Shown: positions 40,957 through 54,816, counted from the stretch's first letter. The stretch is DNA of 64,000 nt from the human T2T-CHM13v2.0 reference genome, Homo sapiens (GCF_009914755.1 NC_060930.1); one strand, 5' to 3'. The notes: generated by a model not told the origin, from the letters alone. Program-made: numbers and translations.

Positions 40957-41430
40957 CTGTGGCCACACAGCAGGAGGTCAGCAGCAGGCAAGTGAGCAAA
41001 GTTTCATCTGTATTTTTAGCCGCTCCCCGTAGCTCTCATTACTGCCTGAGCCCCACCTCCTTTCAGATCCGTGGCAGCACTAGATTCTCATAGAAGTGTG
41101 AACTGTACTGTGAACTGTGCATGGGAGGGATCTAGGTTGTGCACTCCTTATGAGAATCTAATGCCTGATCATCTGCAACTGTCTCCCATCACTCCCAGAT
41201 AGGACTATCTAGTTGCAGGAAAACAAGCACAGGGCTCCCACTGATTCTACATTATGGTGAGTTGTATAATTATTTCATTATATGTTACAATTTAAAAATA
41301 ATACAAATGAAGTGCACAATAAATCCAATGCACTTAACTCATTCCAAAACCATCTCCCCAACCCCAGTCCGTGGAAAAAAGTGGCTTCCACAAAACCATT
41401 CCCTGGTGCCGAAAAGGTTGGGGGCAACTG
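40957..41430 (+). mobile_element. MER1A (hAT-Charlie), left end missing
   Basis: GGCCACACAGCAGGAGG...TAGATTCTCATAG...TCTAGTTGCAGGAAAACAAGC...CCCTGGTGCCGAAAAGGTTGGGG. Confidence 0.9.
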
Positions 41431-42388
41431 CAATACATAATACTTGATAATGACAAAAAATTAATATGTTACTGGTTTATGTATTTACTATACTATACTT
41501 GTTATTAAACAAAAAGAAAGTTACCTGTAAAATAACCACAGGCAAGTTCTTCAGGAAGAATTCCAGAAGAAGGCATTGTTATCGTAGAAGATAACAGCTC
41601 CGTGCGTGCTTGCCCCTGAAGACCTTCCAGCAGGACAAGATGTTGAGGTAGAAGACAGGGATATGGATGATACTGATGAACCTGACCCTGTGGAGGCCTA
41701 GGCTAATGTGTGTGTTTGTGTCTTAGTTTTTAACAAAAAAGTTTAAAAAGTGAAAAATGTTAAAAATAGAAAAAAGCATATAGAATGAGGTACAAGGAAA
41801 GAAAATATTTTTGTACATCTATACAATGCACTAGTGTTTTAATCTCGTATTTATTACAAAAGAGTCAAAACGTGAAAAAAAACTTAAAACTTTAAGTACA
41901 AAAGCTACAGTAGGCTAAGGTCAATTAATTATTAAAGAAAAAAGAACTTTTAATAAATTTAGTGAAGCCTAAGTGTATGGTGTTTATAAAGTCCGCAGTA
42001 GTACAAAGTAATATTTTAGGCCTTTATATTCACTCGTCTCACACTGAATGACTCATCCAGAGCAACTCCTGTCCTGCCAGCTCCATTCATGGTGAGGGAC
42101 AGATACAGGTGTACCATTTTTTGTCTTTTATACCATACTTTTATGGCATCTTTTCTGTTTAGATACACAAATATGTACCATGTGTCACAATTGCCTACAA
42201 TATTCAGTATAGTAACATGCTGTACAGGTTTGTAGCTTAGGAGCAATAGGCTGTACCATATAGCCTAGGTGTGTAGTAGGCTGCACCATCTAGGTTGGTG
42301 GAAGCACACTCTATGATGTTCACACAACTAAAAAATCACCTAATGATGCAGTTATAAAAAAACCCTGTCATGAAGCAATGTATGACTA
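41431..42388 (+). mobile_element. Tigger3b/MER7-type TcMar element, left part missing
   Basis: TACATAATACTTGATAATGA...TTCCAGAAGAAGGCATTGTTATC...GCCTAGGTGTGTAGTAGGCT...AAGCAATGTATGACT followed by TA. Confidence 0.88.
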
Positions 42389-43474
42389 TATAAATACACA
42401 GACTTAAAAAATATAATATTAGATAACATTTCTAATATAATGTATAAAATATATAGGATATATAGGACATGATTATAATATAATAATTCACCTCAGCCTC
42501 CAGTGATTTCCAACCATAGGAACCACAGCCACAGACAAAAGACAGGAAAAAAAGAATATGTTTTCATGTCTAAAACAGGGAATTGAGAAGTATTTCCCTA
42601 TCAAAAATTGGCATACAGTGGTCAGATATATTCAGAATGGTTCGGCTAACACAATATTTTTAAAACATAATAAGTTAAAAGACCCTTCAGAGCTGATCAG
42701 GGAGTTTCACCACAATTCATAGCACTATTTCAAAGAGAAAATGAGTTCTAAAATCCCAATAATAGATTTTCCAAAATAACTCTTTCATACACAATTCAAT
42801 TACAGGTTTAAATTGCCTGAAGTGTAGTCTCAGTTTCACAAAAATCCAAATATATATGTAGGTGTGTATTTTGAATACCTGTCTGTTTTATATAAATTTC
42901 TGTAAAATATAGGTGTGAGTGAACTTTTTACATTTATGAATGTATATAAATGTTGGCAAACATAAGCAGTTACAATTCAAAGACATTAAGATTAATATTT
43001 TAACTAAGATTACATATTTTGATTGTATTTTCAATCTTATCTGTAATATGAAATCAAATTAGATTTTTAAAAATTATATCATTCATGAAGATAAAAGATA
43101 ATTTATCACTTTACATCAGGATATCATAACCATTGTTTTCAAAATATAGAATTTATAAAAATAATTTTGTATATGCCACACATTTTAAAGGTTCCCTAAA
43201 AAGTAAAATAAAGATAAATTCTAGGGCTACAAGTAGGTACAAACTTCTAAAAGTCCATTCAAATTCACACTAATTTGTCTTTAGATGAGAGTAAGAAATA
43301 TGTTATGTCTCTATCATGTACAAAATACGACTGAATAAGTTCTGATATCTTAATTAACAAAATATACTGAGTATAAGTAGCTTAAATATATTAGTTTTTC
43401 ATTCCATTGAGGAAATCTTCAAATGTAACATTTAAAAAATAGTTTTGCTTCTCCTATAATTATTAATAACATTT

Positions 43475-43690
43475 TTTATTGAATGTTTCTGTGTGCCTGA
43501 CCTTATATAATGCTGAACATACTTTTTTCTTAATTATGACAAAACTAGAAGTAACCATCATCATTCTCATTTTATAGATGAGAAATTGTGGCTCAGAGAG
43601 ATAAAAAAAATATTTTCCATCTGGAAGAATTCGGGTGTGGATTTAATCCTGGCTCTCTTGTTCCAAACATTTTGTGCTTAACCACCATAT
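43475..43690 (-). mobile_element. MIR
   Basis: Core CTCATTTTATAGATGAGAAATTGTGGCTCAGAGAG. Confidence 0.75.
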
Positions 43691-45039
43691 TTTTACCTTT
43701 CAAAAATCATGGTTGGTCAGAGAGAAAACATTTCACTCTCGTGATTATGAAAATTATTTGATTGTTACCATGACATGGAGCTATATTATTAGAAACAGTG
43801 TTTGCCAATTTAGCACAAAGCACTAAGGAGGTAATAGGGCCAAGAGTCATTTTACAGATACAAGTTACAGTCACTTAATGATTAAATCCATAGAGGATAA
43901 TTGTCTTTGTCAATTTTCTTAGCCAATGACAGTTGTTCTTTTGCTTATTTCTATTTTTCTAACCCCTCTGACAGGCGCTTGCCCATCACTAAGTCTTATT
44001 AGGTGCACTAGTGGCATTTCAGTTTTTCAAGACTTTTCAAGTCTCCTGGATTCTATGCATGACATATGGTTTCAGTAGGGAACTACTGATTGCATGGTGA
44101 AGCCTCTTATTTCTTCCACCTTTCACTGCTCCATTCACAGCTTGCTGGCAGCTGAGCTGCGAATAGGATTTTAAGGTTCAGCATGAGATCCAGGAGCCCT
44201 GAAACAACAACAATAATAAAAGTAGGCTCTGGTTTGTGCTGGAGGCAAGTTCTGCTTTCTGTATTCAGAACTTTTTGAAAGGGAGCACTGCAAGTCAAAG
44301 AGACAGGAAATGAAAATGCTACCCAGACCCCTGGTTTCCAAAAGGAAAACTCTTGCTCCTTTGAAATTGAATTTTTTTTTTCTAGGTACTGATGTAAGCA
44401 AACTACAATACAGCCTTATTTCCTTTTCTGTGATGTGAAATGCCACAATCCCAGCCAAAGTTTTAAGAAATGCCATGACACACATAAAAACAGTCAATTA
44501 TGTTGCTGAAGTAATCCAGGCACATTTTTCTCTCCAAAAACACTCTGTTATATTTTACATGAAGAATTACTACAAATACATGTGTCAAAAATTCCTCCCC
44601 AGTGTGAACCCTGGGTCTTATGACATCGGTAGATTAACACTTGTAAGCTTCAGTTCTAATTGGAATAAAATCAAATGTCTGCCTTTAAAAAATATATTTC
44701 AAGGAAATCAGTGTACTTTTAACAACAAAGGCAGAATTCTTTATTGTTACACAGACATGAGATGGTTTATTTAGGTCTCTGTTTAGGTTGGCTACATGAG
44801 GCGATCTTACTCATTTGTTTAAGAAACAACACTGACACTTAGAAATGACTCAAAACAATCAAAAGCAGTAAGTTCTTGATGATTGAGTCTTCAGCTAAAT
44901 TAGAAACAATTTCTGACTCAGAAATGTGTATTATATAATTTTGAGAAGGAGACTAGGGCCAGGCAACAAGCAATTTATTAGCAATGAGTAGTAGAGATGG
45001 AAGAAGCAGCATGAATAAGTGAAAAGGCCCAGAGAGTTA

Positions 45040-45760
45040 CAGCACATGAGGTCACATTATGGCATTGCTACTTAGAAGCTGTTTGATATGAGACATGATT
45101 CTTAAATTTTCCAAAACATGGTTTCCTCATCCATAAAATAGGGCTTAAGTTTCCCTATCTCATCTTGGGAGATAATTCTCCACAGGTCTCTCATATTTCT
45201 GCGCATCTTTTGAGCAAAAGCACTGGCAGCTTTCGTTCTGGATTATCTTTTTAAGAATGTTTGTATAGCAAACAGCATTGGAAGTTAAAAAATACTGTCT
45301 TTCTCTGGGGCAGAAGGAAGATTTGTTTGCTGCTCAGGATAATAAAGATGTCTCCCTCTGGGGCAAAGGTTGGACAGGTTTACCAGAAGCTTCCTTATAA
45401 AAGTTTGTTGTTTCTTAAACTTGAGGTTCTTCTGTAATAAAACCCACTGAGTGTGCAGATGTCACCTAGCCCTTGTTGCACTGCCCTTTGGGAACGGGGG
45501 CTCAAGGAGCTGGCACAAATGATGTTACTCTGGCAACTGCAATTGCTTTGACTAATGCACTGTCTTTTGTCTCTGAGCCAAAAGTCTCATGTTTACGGCC
45601 AGTATGCATGAAACTGTAAAAGTCTAACTTATTAGCTTGCAAGTGGAGCAAGATCTCAGACTCTTCACAGTTCTTGACGTTCATAGAGTTTATGTTAAAA
45701 TTAAAAATTAAATTGTATGTAAAGATTTAATGAAGTCTTTTACAACATACAAATTGGTCA
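45040..45760 (+). mobile_element. MIR split by an LTR insertion
   Basis: GTTTCCTCATCCATAAAATAGGG...CCTATCTCA [LTR] TCATAGAGTTTATGTTAAAATTAAA. Confidence 0.6.
45163..45679 (+). mobile_element. Solo LTR, LTR47-like (ERVL)
   Basis: TTGGGAGATAATTCTCCACAGGTCTCTCATATTTCTGC ... TTCACAGTTCTTGAC. It interrupts a MIR. Family recalled from memory. Confidence 0.65.
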
Positions 45761-46857
45761 ATTGTTTTGGTGTATATTATCACTATCAATATGGTGATAA
45801 TAGTGATGTCTACTTTAAATAGCTTCTTCTTATGGGAAACAAATGAAATAACATACATGAACAATTGATCACATCAGAAATGTTATAGAAAAACAGATTG
45901 AGTTGTATATTTAAATCAATAACTATTTATTAAACATTTCTGATATAAGTTACCATATAAAGGCAATGTAAGAAATACAAAAAGTATTTTAAAGTTTCCT
46001 GCTCTTACAGATTCCATATTCTAGTTTGAGAGATGAGACCCAAATCTATAGAAAATGAAGCAAGAATTTAAAATTAGACCTACAATCAAGAGGAGAGTTG
46101 ATGTCAAAAAACAAATTTGTAATTCACCAAATTTGTTATACATAATAAATATTTTGGACTTTAGACAAAAGAGAAATTGTATTCTTGCCACTTACAAAAT
46201 GCTTTTTCATGGCAGATTTTTGTATACATTAGGAATTTTACTTACTGCCATAATCATTACCTTGGTCATGGATTTTGAAAAAGCTATGGTACTTGACTCC
46301 AGAGTCTTACAAAGCCTAGGGAAGTGCCTAAAATTACTGTCTTCTTGATGCTGATTTATGAAGCAAATCAAATCTTTTCTCTCAGGAAGTTTTATTGTGA
46401 TATATGCAGAGTCCATTGATAAAAGACGTACAAGATAGAAAAGATGCATAAAGAGAGAAATAAACAAATACAGTGAGTCAGAAGATCCAAGAATTACGTG
46501 AACGACATTGAGAAAAAAAGTCAAAAAGGGAAGAAGCAAAGGCAGGACACTGGTGGGCACTAACATGAAGACACCCACTTCTCAGGAGACAAACCAACAG
46601 AGCCAGGGCTTTGTTATCTGAGCTTCTCCCAGGCTGGGAGTTGCTGCTGTTGCATTCTGAAAATCTCAGTTATCAATGAATTCTGGTTCTGAATCTGCAG
46701 GGATTTCTTTCTGGCTTCTTCACTTGTTTCATAAAGCCCTTATAGAGCCATCATTAATTAAAATAGTCTGAATTACCAGTTTGTAGCAATCTAAAGTCTA
46801 ACACATTAAGTACCAGGAATAGCAAAGTTCTCAAAAAGACTTCCTGGGCAGGACATT

Positions 46858-46909
46858 TACATAAGCCCTGCATGTAAGCCATAGGTATATGTTATGCAGG
46901 GCTTATGTA
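46858..46909. repeat. Perfect 16-bp inverted repeat with 20-nt spacer
   Basis: TACATAAGCCCTGCAT (46858-46873) / ATGCAGGGCTTATGTA (46894-46909). Confidence 0.95.
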
Positions 46910-47127
46910 CACAGAAGGCAATGAGGAGACCCACTCATCTGGAGCAGAGCTTTGGGGTTGAGTAAGAGAGACAATTCTGTGCCAAATAATGAAGAACCTA
47001 AAGAGCAAGCCTTGAAATTCTGAATACTATTCAATCTGTAATGAGGACTGAGAGATATATTCTGTTTGTTTGTTATGCAGGAAAATAAATGACAAGATCA
47101 AAGACTGTTTTGTCAGTAAAAATGATG

Positions 47128-47482
<355 letters not shown>

Positions 47483-47849
47483 TTACGAGCAAAAGTGTTG
47501 ATGTTAACAAGCTATCCTGAATCCTGAAAGGCAGGCATGCAGCCCAGATCCACTACTAAAAATGTTGTCTTAGAAGGTTTCTTTCATTTCTGCTTTCTCT
47601 TCTCCTAAGTTTTAGATCTATCTGTGTTTCCCCTCCTCTGCATACTCACCCTTTCATACACACTCCTCATCTCCTCCCACCCTTAAATGTATACATTAAG
47701 GGCACTTTCAACTTGGTTTCCTAGTGTTCCTTTATATAATGTTGAAAAAATTGTATTTCCTTCTTTTAGACACAGTTAGATTGAGTTGCTTTTGCTTTTT
47801 AATTTTATGTGTCCTTTGATCCAAGCTTCTGCTGTAAAATGTCACTGGC

Positions 47850-48062
47850 TCCCCCAGGTTTACCAAGGCATTCTTTAATTTCCAAAGAGAACCTACATGC
47901 TTCTATCATTACTTTGCTTTACTAATAACTTTCCCATCTGTCTTGCCTGCTAATCTATAAACTGTTTTAAGTTAAAATTGTTTTTTAATCACCTATATGT
48001 TTCCAGAGGCTGGCACAGTGCCTGTCACATTATAGGCACTAAATAATTTTGGTATAAATGAC
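47850..48062 (+). mobile_element. L2 3' terminus
   Basis: TGGCACAGTGCCTGTCACATTATAGGCACTAAATAATTTTGG...AATGA. Confidence 0.65.
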
Positions 48063-50439
48063 TTAAATCTTTCACCTCTAGTTTAGCATAAAATTTAAGA
48101 TATTCACATGTAATAGTCTATAAAATGCTAACACATTTGCCAGAATCAATAATCATCGTCATTTTTGTTTCTCTTATATTAAATGAAATTGCACTGGCTA
48201 GTATTGTTTCTTCTTGATTTATATCTTCCCACATGTCATTGTCTCACAGCAGCTGGAGCAGCACAAGAGATTTATGTCTTTTCCAAAGGCATAAAATTAA
48301 TCTGATTTTTAATTATTTTTCCCAATAGCATATAAGCTTCAATTTAGTTTCCACTTAGAATCAATATTGACTTAAGTTACCTTAGTAGTTTCACCATTTT
48401 AAAAAGAAGCCATGTCACAGCCAGCCTCATAAAATTATGGCCTAGTTCTCATTAATATTAATCAAAAGCATTAAACTTAATTTTTCTCTTTAAGTTTAGG
48501 AAGGTATAAAAATAGGCAGGGAAAAAAAAAATACTTCTTCCCTGAATGAAATTAGGATCACTAACTGGTGGTTAGCATGTTCTACATGTCAATTGGAATG
48601 CACTTTCTATTCTACTACTAATAAACAGTTTCCATGGGTACTCAATCTTATCATTAATCCTCAAGTGTAGTTGTATGCCTTATGTAAACTTCGGGGAGGG
48701 TTAGAGTGGCTTCAGCACAGAAATAAGGACACCTTGCCATCTTTTTATATGAAAAACCAGCCTGACCTTCACTGTTCAACTAGGTATTTAGAAGATATAG
48801 AAGCATAAGATCTACCATAAGGTGAATAAGCCAATTACTGGGGACACACATAGCAAACCTGAAGCATTCATGCTCCCATTTCTTTGTTCTGCATCTATGA
48901 GCAACAAACTCCTCTTTCCTGGATTCAGCACAGAACCCTACACAAACAATAACTCCAGGCACTATGACTAGTCACCACAATTAGATCAGGTGTATAAACA
49001 TCTTTGCATATTTGCCCTACAACATCACATGTGCAAAACCTCACCCAACAAAGATTAAATCTCTCCCACTTTAAATCAAGGCTCTAGGACACTCTACCAT
49101 TGGACTTGAATATGTCTCTCATTTCCTCATACGGTGGTGTATTATGTAAATCACTATATTGCCTTGATTTTAAAACACATGTTCAGATTTTGACATTTCT
49201 GAAATTAAGATATATGCATATAATGTGATAGTACCTTTTGTTTAACATTATTTTGTATTCTGAATTTGTTTTGTTTAATGTGATATGATTTCACCTAAAA
49301 ATTTCTTATTAAAATGATGATTGTTTACATAATAGAACAATATGATAACATTTATAATTTTTATCTTTTTTGGGAATAGATAATGTGCTATAATATTTTT
49401 TCGGAAGTATATTTTAAATTACATAGTACCTGACATTAACTTAAAAGAAAATAAACTTTATTATAATCAACCATTCAGATTTCAGTAGCCCTGTTAGGGT
49501 TTATAATTTTGGGTGCCTCTAACAGACATTATAGCTTAGCTAGTAAGCTATTGTAGAAATTCATATGGCATAGCTCTGACAACAGAGATCAAAAGCAAAG
49601 ATATGTAGATTACAGTTTAACTTAAAATATTATCTATATCACTGAAAATAATATAAAAATAAGAGTGTATGTGTCAAAAATGAAACATATAAAATAGGTT
49701 TAGAAAATGACAAAGGTAGGCAACTTTGGAAGAATATAACTTGTCTCATTATTATGTGTGCCTAAGACCCTGCCAGAGGGAGATGTAATCATGTTTAGTG
49801 AATATATTGACCTTTTCTTCCTTTATCAATAGTTATGAAGAAATATACCTATATGTATCACTCTCCTGAATAAAATATGTGTATTCTTGATAGTGTTCAA
49901 AATAAACTACATCTCTTCTTTGAGTAATTTTGTTTTATTTGTAGAGATAGAAAAGTTTTTTTATTGTTTCCCTCAAAAAAGCTTATAATAAAATTAAACT
50001 GGATAATTTATAGAAAGGGAGAAAGCCATGTAGCCATAGTGTATCCTCTAGTTACAAAGAATAATTTCAATAATGCATTCAAAACATATAAGAAATTATT
50101 TAGTCTAGATTATTCTTTGAAACCTTCCTACAACAAAACACCTAGAAATTCTAAGTAAAGCATTGAAATATACTGTTGCAAATGTGTACTTATGCTCACA
50201 AAACAGGAAGAACACTACCCAGGAACCAAAAATATAAATCACAACAGCAGAGTGATAAGGAAATTCCAATTCACAGTGACCGTGGGTGCTTGCAGAGACG
50301 TAGGTGTCATAACTTCTCGGGGTAGGAGGAGAACCCTTGGTGATGGTAACTTGGGGAGTTGTGACAGAGAGTTGTGCATAAAACCAGGTTCCTTAAAGAA
50401 TATACCTTTAGGAAAAGAGAATATTGGATACAATATCAC

Positions 50440-52894
50440 TGCTGTGGTTTTAATGTGTTCCCCAAAAAGCATGTGTTGGAAACTTAATCCTCAATGCAAC
50501 AGTGTGGGGAAGTGGGACCTAATGAGAGGTGATTAGGTAATACGGGCAGAGTGAAGAGATTAATGCTGCTATCATGTGAGGGGATTAATTATTGTGGGAG
50601 TAGGTTTGTTATAAAAGAGGGAATTTGGGCTTTTTACTCTCTCTTTCTCACCCTGTCTTACCGTCTGCTTTCCACCATGGGATGACAAAGCAAGAAGGTC
50701 CTTATCAGAGGCTGGCAACTTGATCTTGGACTTCCCAGCCTATAAAACCATGAAGAAATAAATTTCTGTTCTTTATAAATTATCCAATTTCACATATTCT
50801 GTTACAGCAATGAAAACTGGACTAAGACAGAAAATTGATGTCAGAGAAACAGAACGTTGCTATAACAAATACCTGAAAATGTGGAAACAGCTTTGGAACT
50901 AAGTAATGGACAGAGGCTGGAAGAGTTCAGAGGAGCAGGATAGAAAAAACCCTGTATTGCCATGAATGGAGCATTAAGGGCAATTCTGGTGAGGGCTCAG
51001 AAGAAAAGAAAAACTGTAAAAAAATATGAAATTCTTAGCAATTACTAATGGATTCATGATAAGAATTTGTGAAGAAATATGAATTATAAAGACAATTTTG
51101 TTGAGGTCTCAGACAGAAATGAGGAATATCGTGTTGGGGACTGGAGTAAAGGCCATCCTTTTTATAAAGAGGCAAAGAACAGGCTAAATTTCAGTCATAC
51201 CCTAGGGATTTATGGAAGGCAGAATTTAAATGTGATGGACTAGTATATCTAGCAGAAGAAATTTCCAAACAAAATATAGAAGGATCTGCATGGCTTCTTT
51301 TAACTGCATACAGTAAAATGAGAAAGGAGAGAAAAGGGTTAAAGATAGAATTTATAATTAAAAATGTAGCAGAACATAAAAATTTAGAACATTCTCAGCC
51401 TGGCCATTAAATAATTAAAAAGTATGTTAGGGAGAAAATATCAAGAGTGTGGCCAAGGGACTGTTTGGTAAGATTAGTATGGCTAGAAGGAGGCCCGGTG
51501 ATATTCATCAAGACAATAAGATAATGAACTTAAAGGCATTTCAGAGATCTTTCAGGCTGCCCCTACCATTACTCCGAATATTAGGACTTTGAGAGCAGAA
51601 TAACCTTGCTGCCCAGGGCCACCTAGAGTCTCTGCTCCCCAAGTTCCAGTGCAGTGCCCGTCAGCCACCCCTGCCATGAATCGAGCAGGCCCGGATGAGG
51701 CTCAGACCACCACTCTGGAGGGTGCAAGTGGTAAGCCTTCGTAGCATCCACATAGTGCTAATTCTGCAGGCATGCAAAGTGCATGGGCTGTGCAGCCATT
51801 GTTGTCTCTATCTAGATTTTAAAGGCTGTGTCAGACAAACTAGGGGCCCAGGCAGAAAACTGCCACAGGGGAAGAGTCACTCCAGAGTTCCCACTGTGGC
51901 AGTAACCAGTGGTGCCACAGAAATGGGGCTGCCACCAAGACCCCAGAACTATAGAAACACCAGTGTGCAGCCCCAGTCTGGGAGAACTGCAGGTAGTGGA
52001 TTTCAACATGTGATAGCTACTCCTGAGCAATTACTTAAGGCTGAGCCCAGAAAAGCCATAAGGGCAGGGCTACCTGAGGCACTGGGGCCCAATCTCTACC
52101 ACAGAGTGTCTGGGAGGCAACACATAGAGTGAAAGATTATTCTGGATTTAATAATTTTAATGTTGTCATCCCTATTAAGTTTTGGACTTACTTGGGGCTT
52201 GTTCCTCCTTTCTTCTTGCCTATTTCTCCTTTTTGGAATAAGAATATTTATCCTATGCCTGCCTCACCATTGTACTTTGGAAGCACATAATGTATTTTGA
52301 TTTCACAGGCTCACAGCTGGAGGGGAATTTGCCTAAGGATAAATCGTGCCTTAAGTCTTGCCCATATCTGATTTAGATAAGACCCTAGACTTTGAACTTT
52401 TTAATTGGTGCTGGAATCAGTTAAGACTTTGAGGCTACTGCGATGAAATAAATGTATTTTACATGGGTGAAGAGCATGAATTTGGGGGGCCAGAGGTAGA
52501 ATGTTGTGGTTTGAACATGTCCCCGAAAAAGCATGTGTTGGAAACTTAATCGTCTGTGCAACACTGTTGGGAGGTTGGGCCTAATGAAAAGTCATTAGGC
52601 AATGAATGTAGAGTGAATGGATTAAGGCCATTATCACAAGTATGAGTTTATTATCTCAGTTGTGGGTTGATTATAAAAGGGGGAGTTCACCTTGTTTTAC
52701 TTTCTCTCTCTCTCTCACGCTCTCTTTTCCTTCTACCTTCCACCATGAGCTGGCACAGCAAGAAGGTCTTCATTAGATGCTGGCACCTTGATCTTGAACT
52801 ACCCAGCCTCCAGAACTGTGAGAAATAAATTTGTTCTTTATAACTAACCCAGTCTCATGTATTCTGCTATAGCAGCACAAAATAGACTAAGACA
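50440..52894 (+). mobile_element. Full-length MST (MSTC/D-like) MaLR provirus: 5'LTR 50440-50829, internal 50830-52501, 3'LTR 52502-52894
   Basis: Two direct LTRs sharing CCCCAAAA-GCATGTGTTGGAAACTTAATC and ending GACTAAGACA. Internal ACCTGAAAATGTGGAA..GCTTTGGAACT as in THE1-int. PPT TTTGGGGGGCCAGAGGTAGAA. TSD degenerate (atcac/actac). Confidence 0.9.
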
Positions 52895-53383
52895 ACTACT
52901 CATGAGCAAAGGGAGGTTTTCTTTTGGAGGGGGGGTTGTTTTTGTTGTTGTTGTTGTTGTTTTGTTTAATCTGAGAAAACTTCCTATAAAAATTTATTAC
53001 CCTAGGCTTGCTTTCACACAGATGCTAGCTTCTTATATATTCTACCTAAATGTTCATCTTAGCTAGCTTAAGAGGAATTAAGTTTAATTAAATTGACCCT
53101 AGATTGCTGGAATTTTTGTGTACCTGGCAGAAAGAAACTAAAATTATTGGAAAGATACTTCCTCAAATCGAGTTTTAGTATTCCCAAAGATAAACTCAGC
53201 CAAACCTGAGTTCACATTCCAAAACTTAAAAATATTTAAGAAAAGAAGAGCTAGAAAAAACAGTTGAATAAAAGAAGAATTCCACTCCCCATGAATGCAA
53301 ATAACACAATTACTGGATCTTGAACAGAAAATCATATGTTTAATATGTTCAATTAAAAATATATATATATATTAAAGAGCAAG

Positions 53384-53662
53384 TGTATTAGCCCATTCTC
53401 ACACTGCTATAAAGAACTGCCCAAGACTGGGTAATTTATAAAGAAAGAGGATTAATTGACTCACAGTTCTGCATGGCTGGAGAGGTCTCGGGAAACTTAT
53501 AATCATGGCAGAAGGGGAAGCAAACAAATCCTTCTTTACATGGTGGTAGGAAGGAGAAGTGCATAGCAAAGCTGGGGAAGCCCCTTATAAAAACATCAGA
53601 TCTCGTGAGAACTCACTATCATGAGAACAGCATGGACATAACTGCCCCCCGTGATTCAATAA
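53384..53662 (-). mobile_element. THE1C/D LTR, 5' ~90 bp missing
   Basis: TGTATTAGCCCATTCTCACACTGCTATAAAGAACTGCCCAAGACTGGG...CCCCCGTGATTCAAT, then an abrupt switch to Tigger1. Confidence 0.9.
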
Positions 53663-54816
53663 TTTTATGGTTTCTCAGTGCATATGAAAGTTGTTTTATG
53701 CTATACTGAAGTCTATTCAATGTGCAATAGCATTATGCCTAAAAAACAATGTACCTCCCTTAATTACAGAGTACTCTTTGCTAAAAAAAAAATTAACAAT
53801 TATCTGTGCCTTCAGCACAGTAGAAGGTCTATAGAAGGTCTTGCCTCCTTGTTAATCGCTGCTGACTGATAAGGGTGGTTGTTGCTCAAGGTTGGACAAG
53901 CTGTAGCAACTTATTTTTCTTTTAATTTTCAGCTTTTATTTTAGTTATGGGGGTATATGCAATTTCTCAAAATGAGACAACACTGAAGTTTGCCCTATCA
54001 ATTGACTCTTCCTTTTATAGAGATTTCTCTGTAGCATGCAATACTGTTTGATAGATTTTACCCACAATAGAATGTCTTTAAAAATTGGAGTCAATTCTCT
54101 CAAACCCTGCCTCTGTTTTATGAACCAAATTAATAATATTCTAAATCCTTTGATATTTCAACAATGTTCACAGTGTCTTCACCAGGAGTAGATTTCATCT
54201 CAAGAAGCCACTTTCTTTGCTCATCCATAAGAAGTAACTCCCCATATATTCAGGTTTTACCATCAGATTACAGCAATTTAGTTATATCTTTGGGTTCCAC
54301 TTCTAATTGTAGTTAATTTTCTATTTCCATCACATCTTTTTATTTAAAATGAGAGGTGTGTAACTTGTCCTTTCATTTGAACCTTTAGAGGCCATTGTAA
54401 GGTAATTATCTGGCCTAATTTCAATATTTTTGTGTCTCAGGGAATAAAGAGGCCCAAAGAGAGTGAGAAAGATGGGCAACAGTCAGTCGTGAAGCAGTCA
54501 GCACACATACAACCTTTATCAATTAAGTTTGTTGTCTCACACAGGCACAGTTCATGGTCCTCCAAACCAATTACAATAGTAACATCAGAGGTCACTGACC
54601 ACATCTCATCATAGCAGATACAATAATACTGAAAAAATTTGAAATACTGCAAAAATTTCCAAAATGTGATACAGACATGAAGTGAGCCTGTAGTGTTAGA
54701 AAAGTGTTGGCAAAAGACTTGCTTGATGCAGAGTTGCCAGAAAACTTCAATCTATAAAAACATGCTGTATGTATGCAGCACAATAAAGCAAAGCACATTA
54801 AAAAAAGATATGCCTC
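53661..54816 (-). mobile_element. Tigger1, internally deleted, one terminus lost
   Basis: The right end GCACAATAAAGCAAAGCAC...TATGCCT+TA is the reverse of the Tigger1 5' TIR. Also TTCACCAGGAGTAGATTTCATCTCAAGAAGCCACTTTCTTTGCTCATCCATAAGAAG. Confidence 0.85.

Noticed and set aside
44107-44300. Minus-strand acceptor GTTGTTTCAG and short ORFs
   Set aside because: No good matching donor and no recognisable protein; insufficient evidence for an exon.
45775-45802. Small hairpin TATTATCAC...GTGATAATA
   Set aside because: Low-complexity AT-rich sequence at a MIR tail; plausible by chance.
51695-52132. 145-aa ATG ORF
   Set aside because: Lies inside the decayed MST internal region; upstream parts of the MaLR ORF are riddled with stops.
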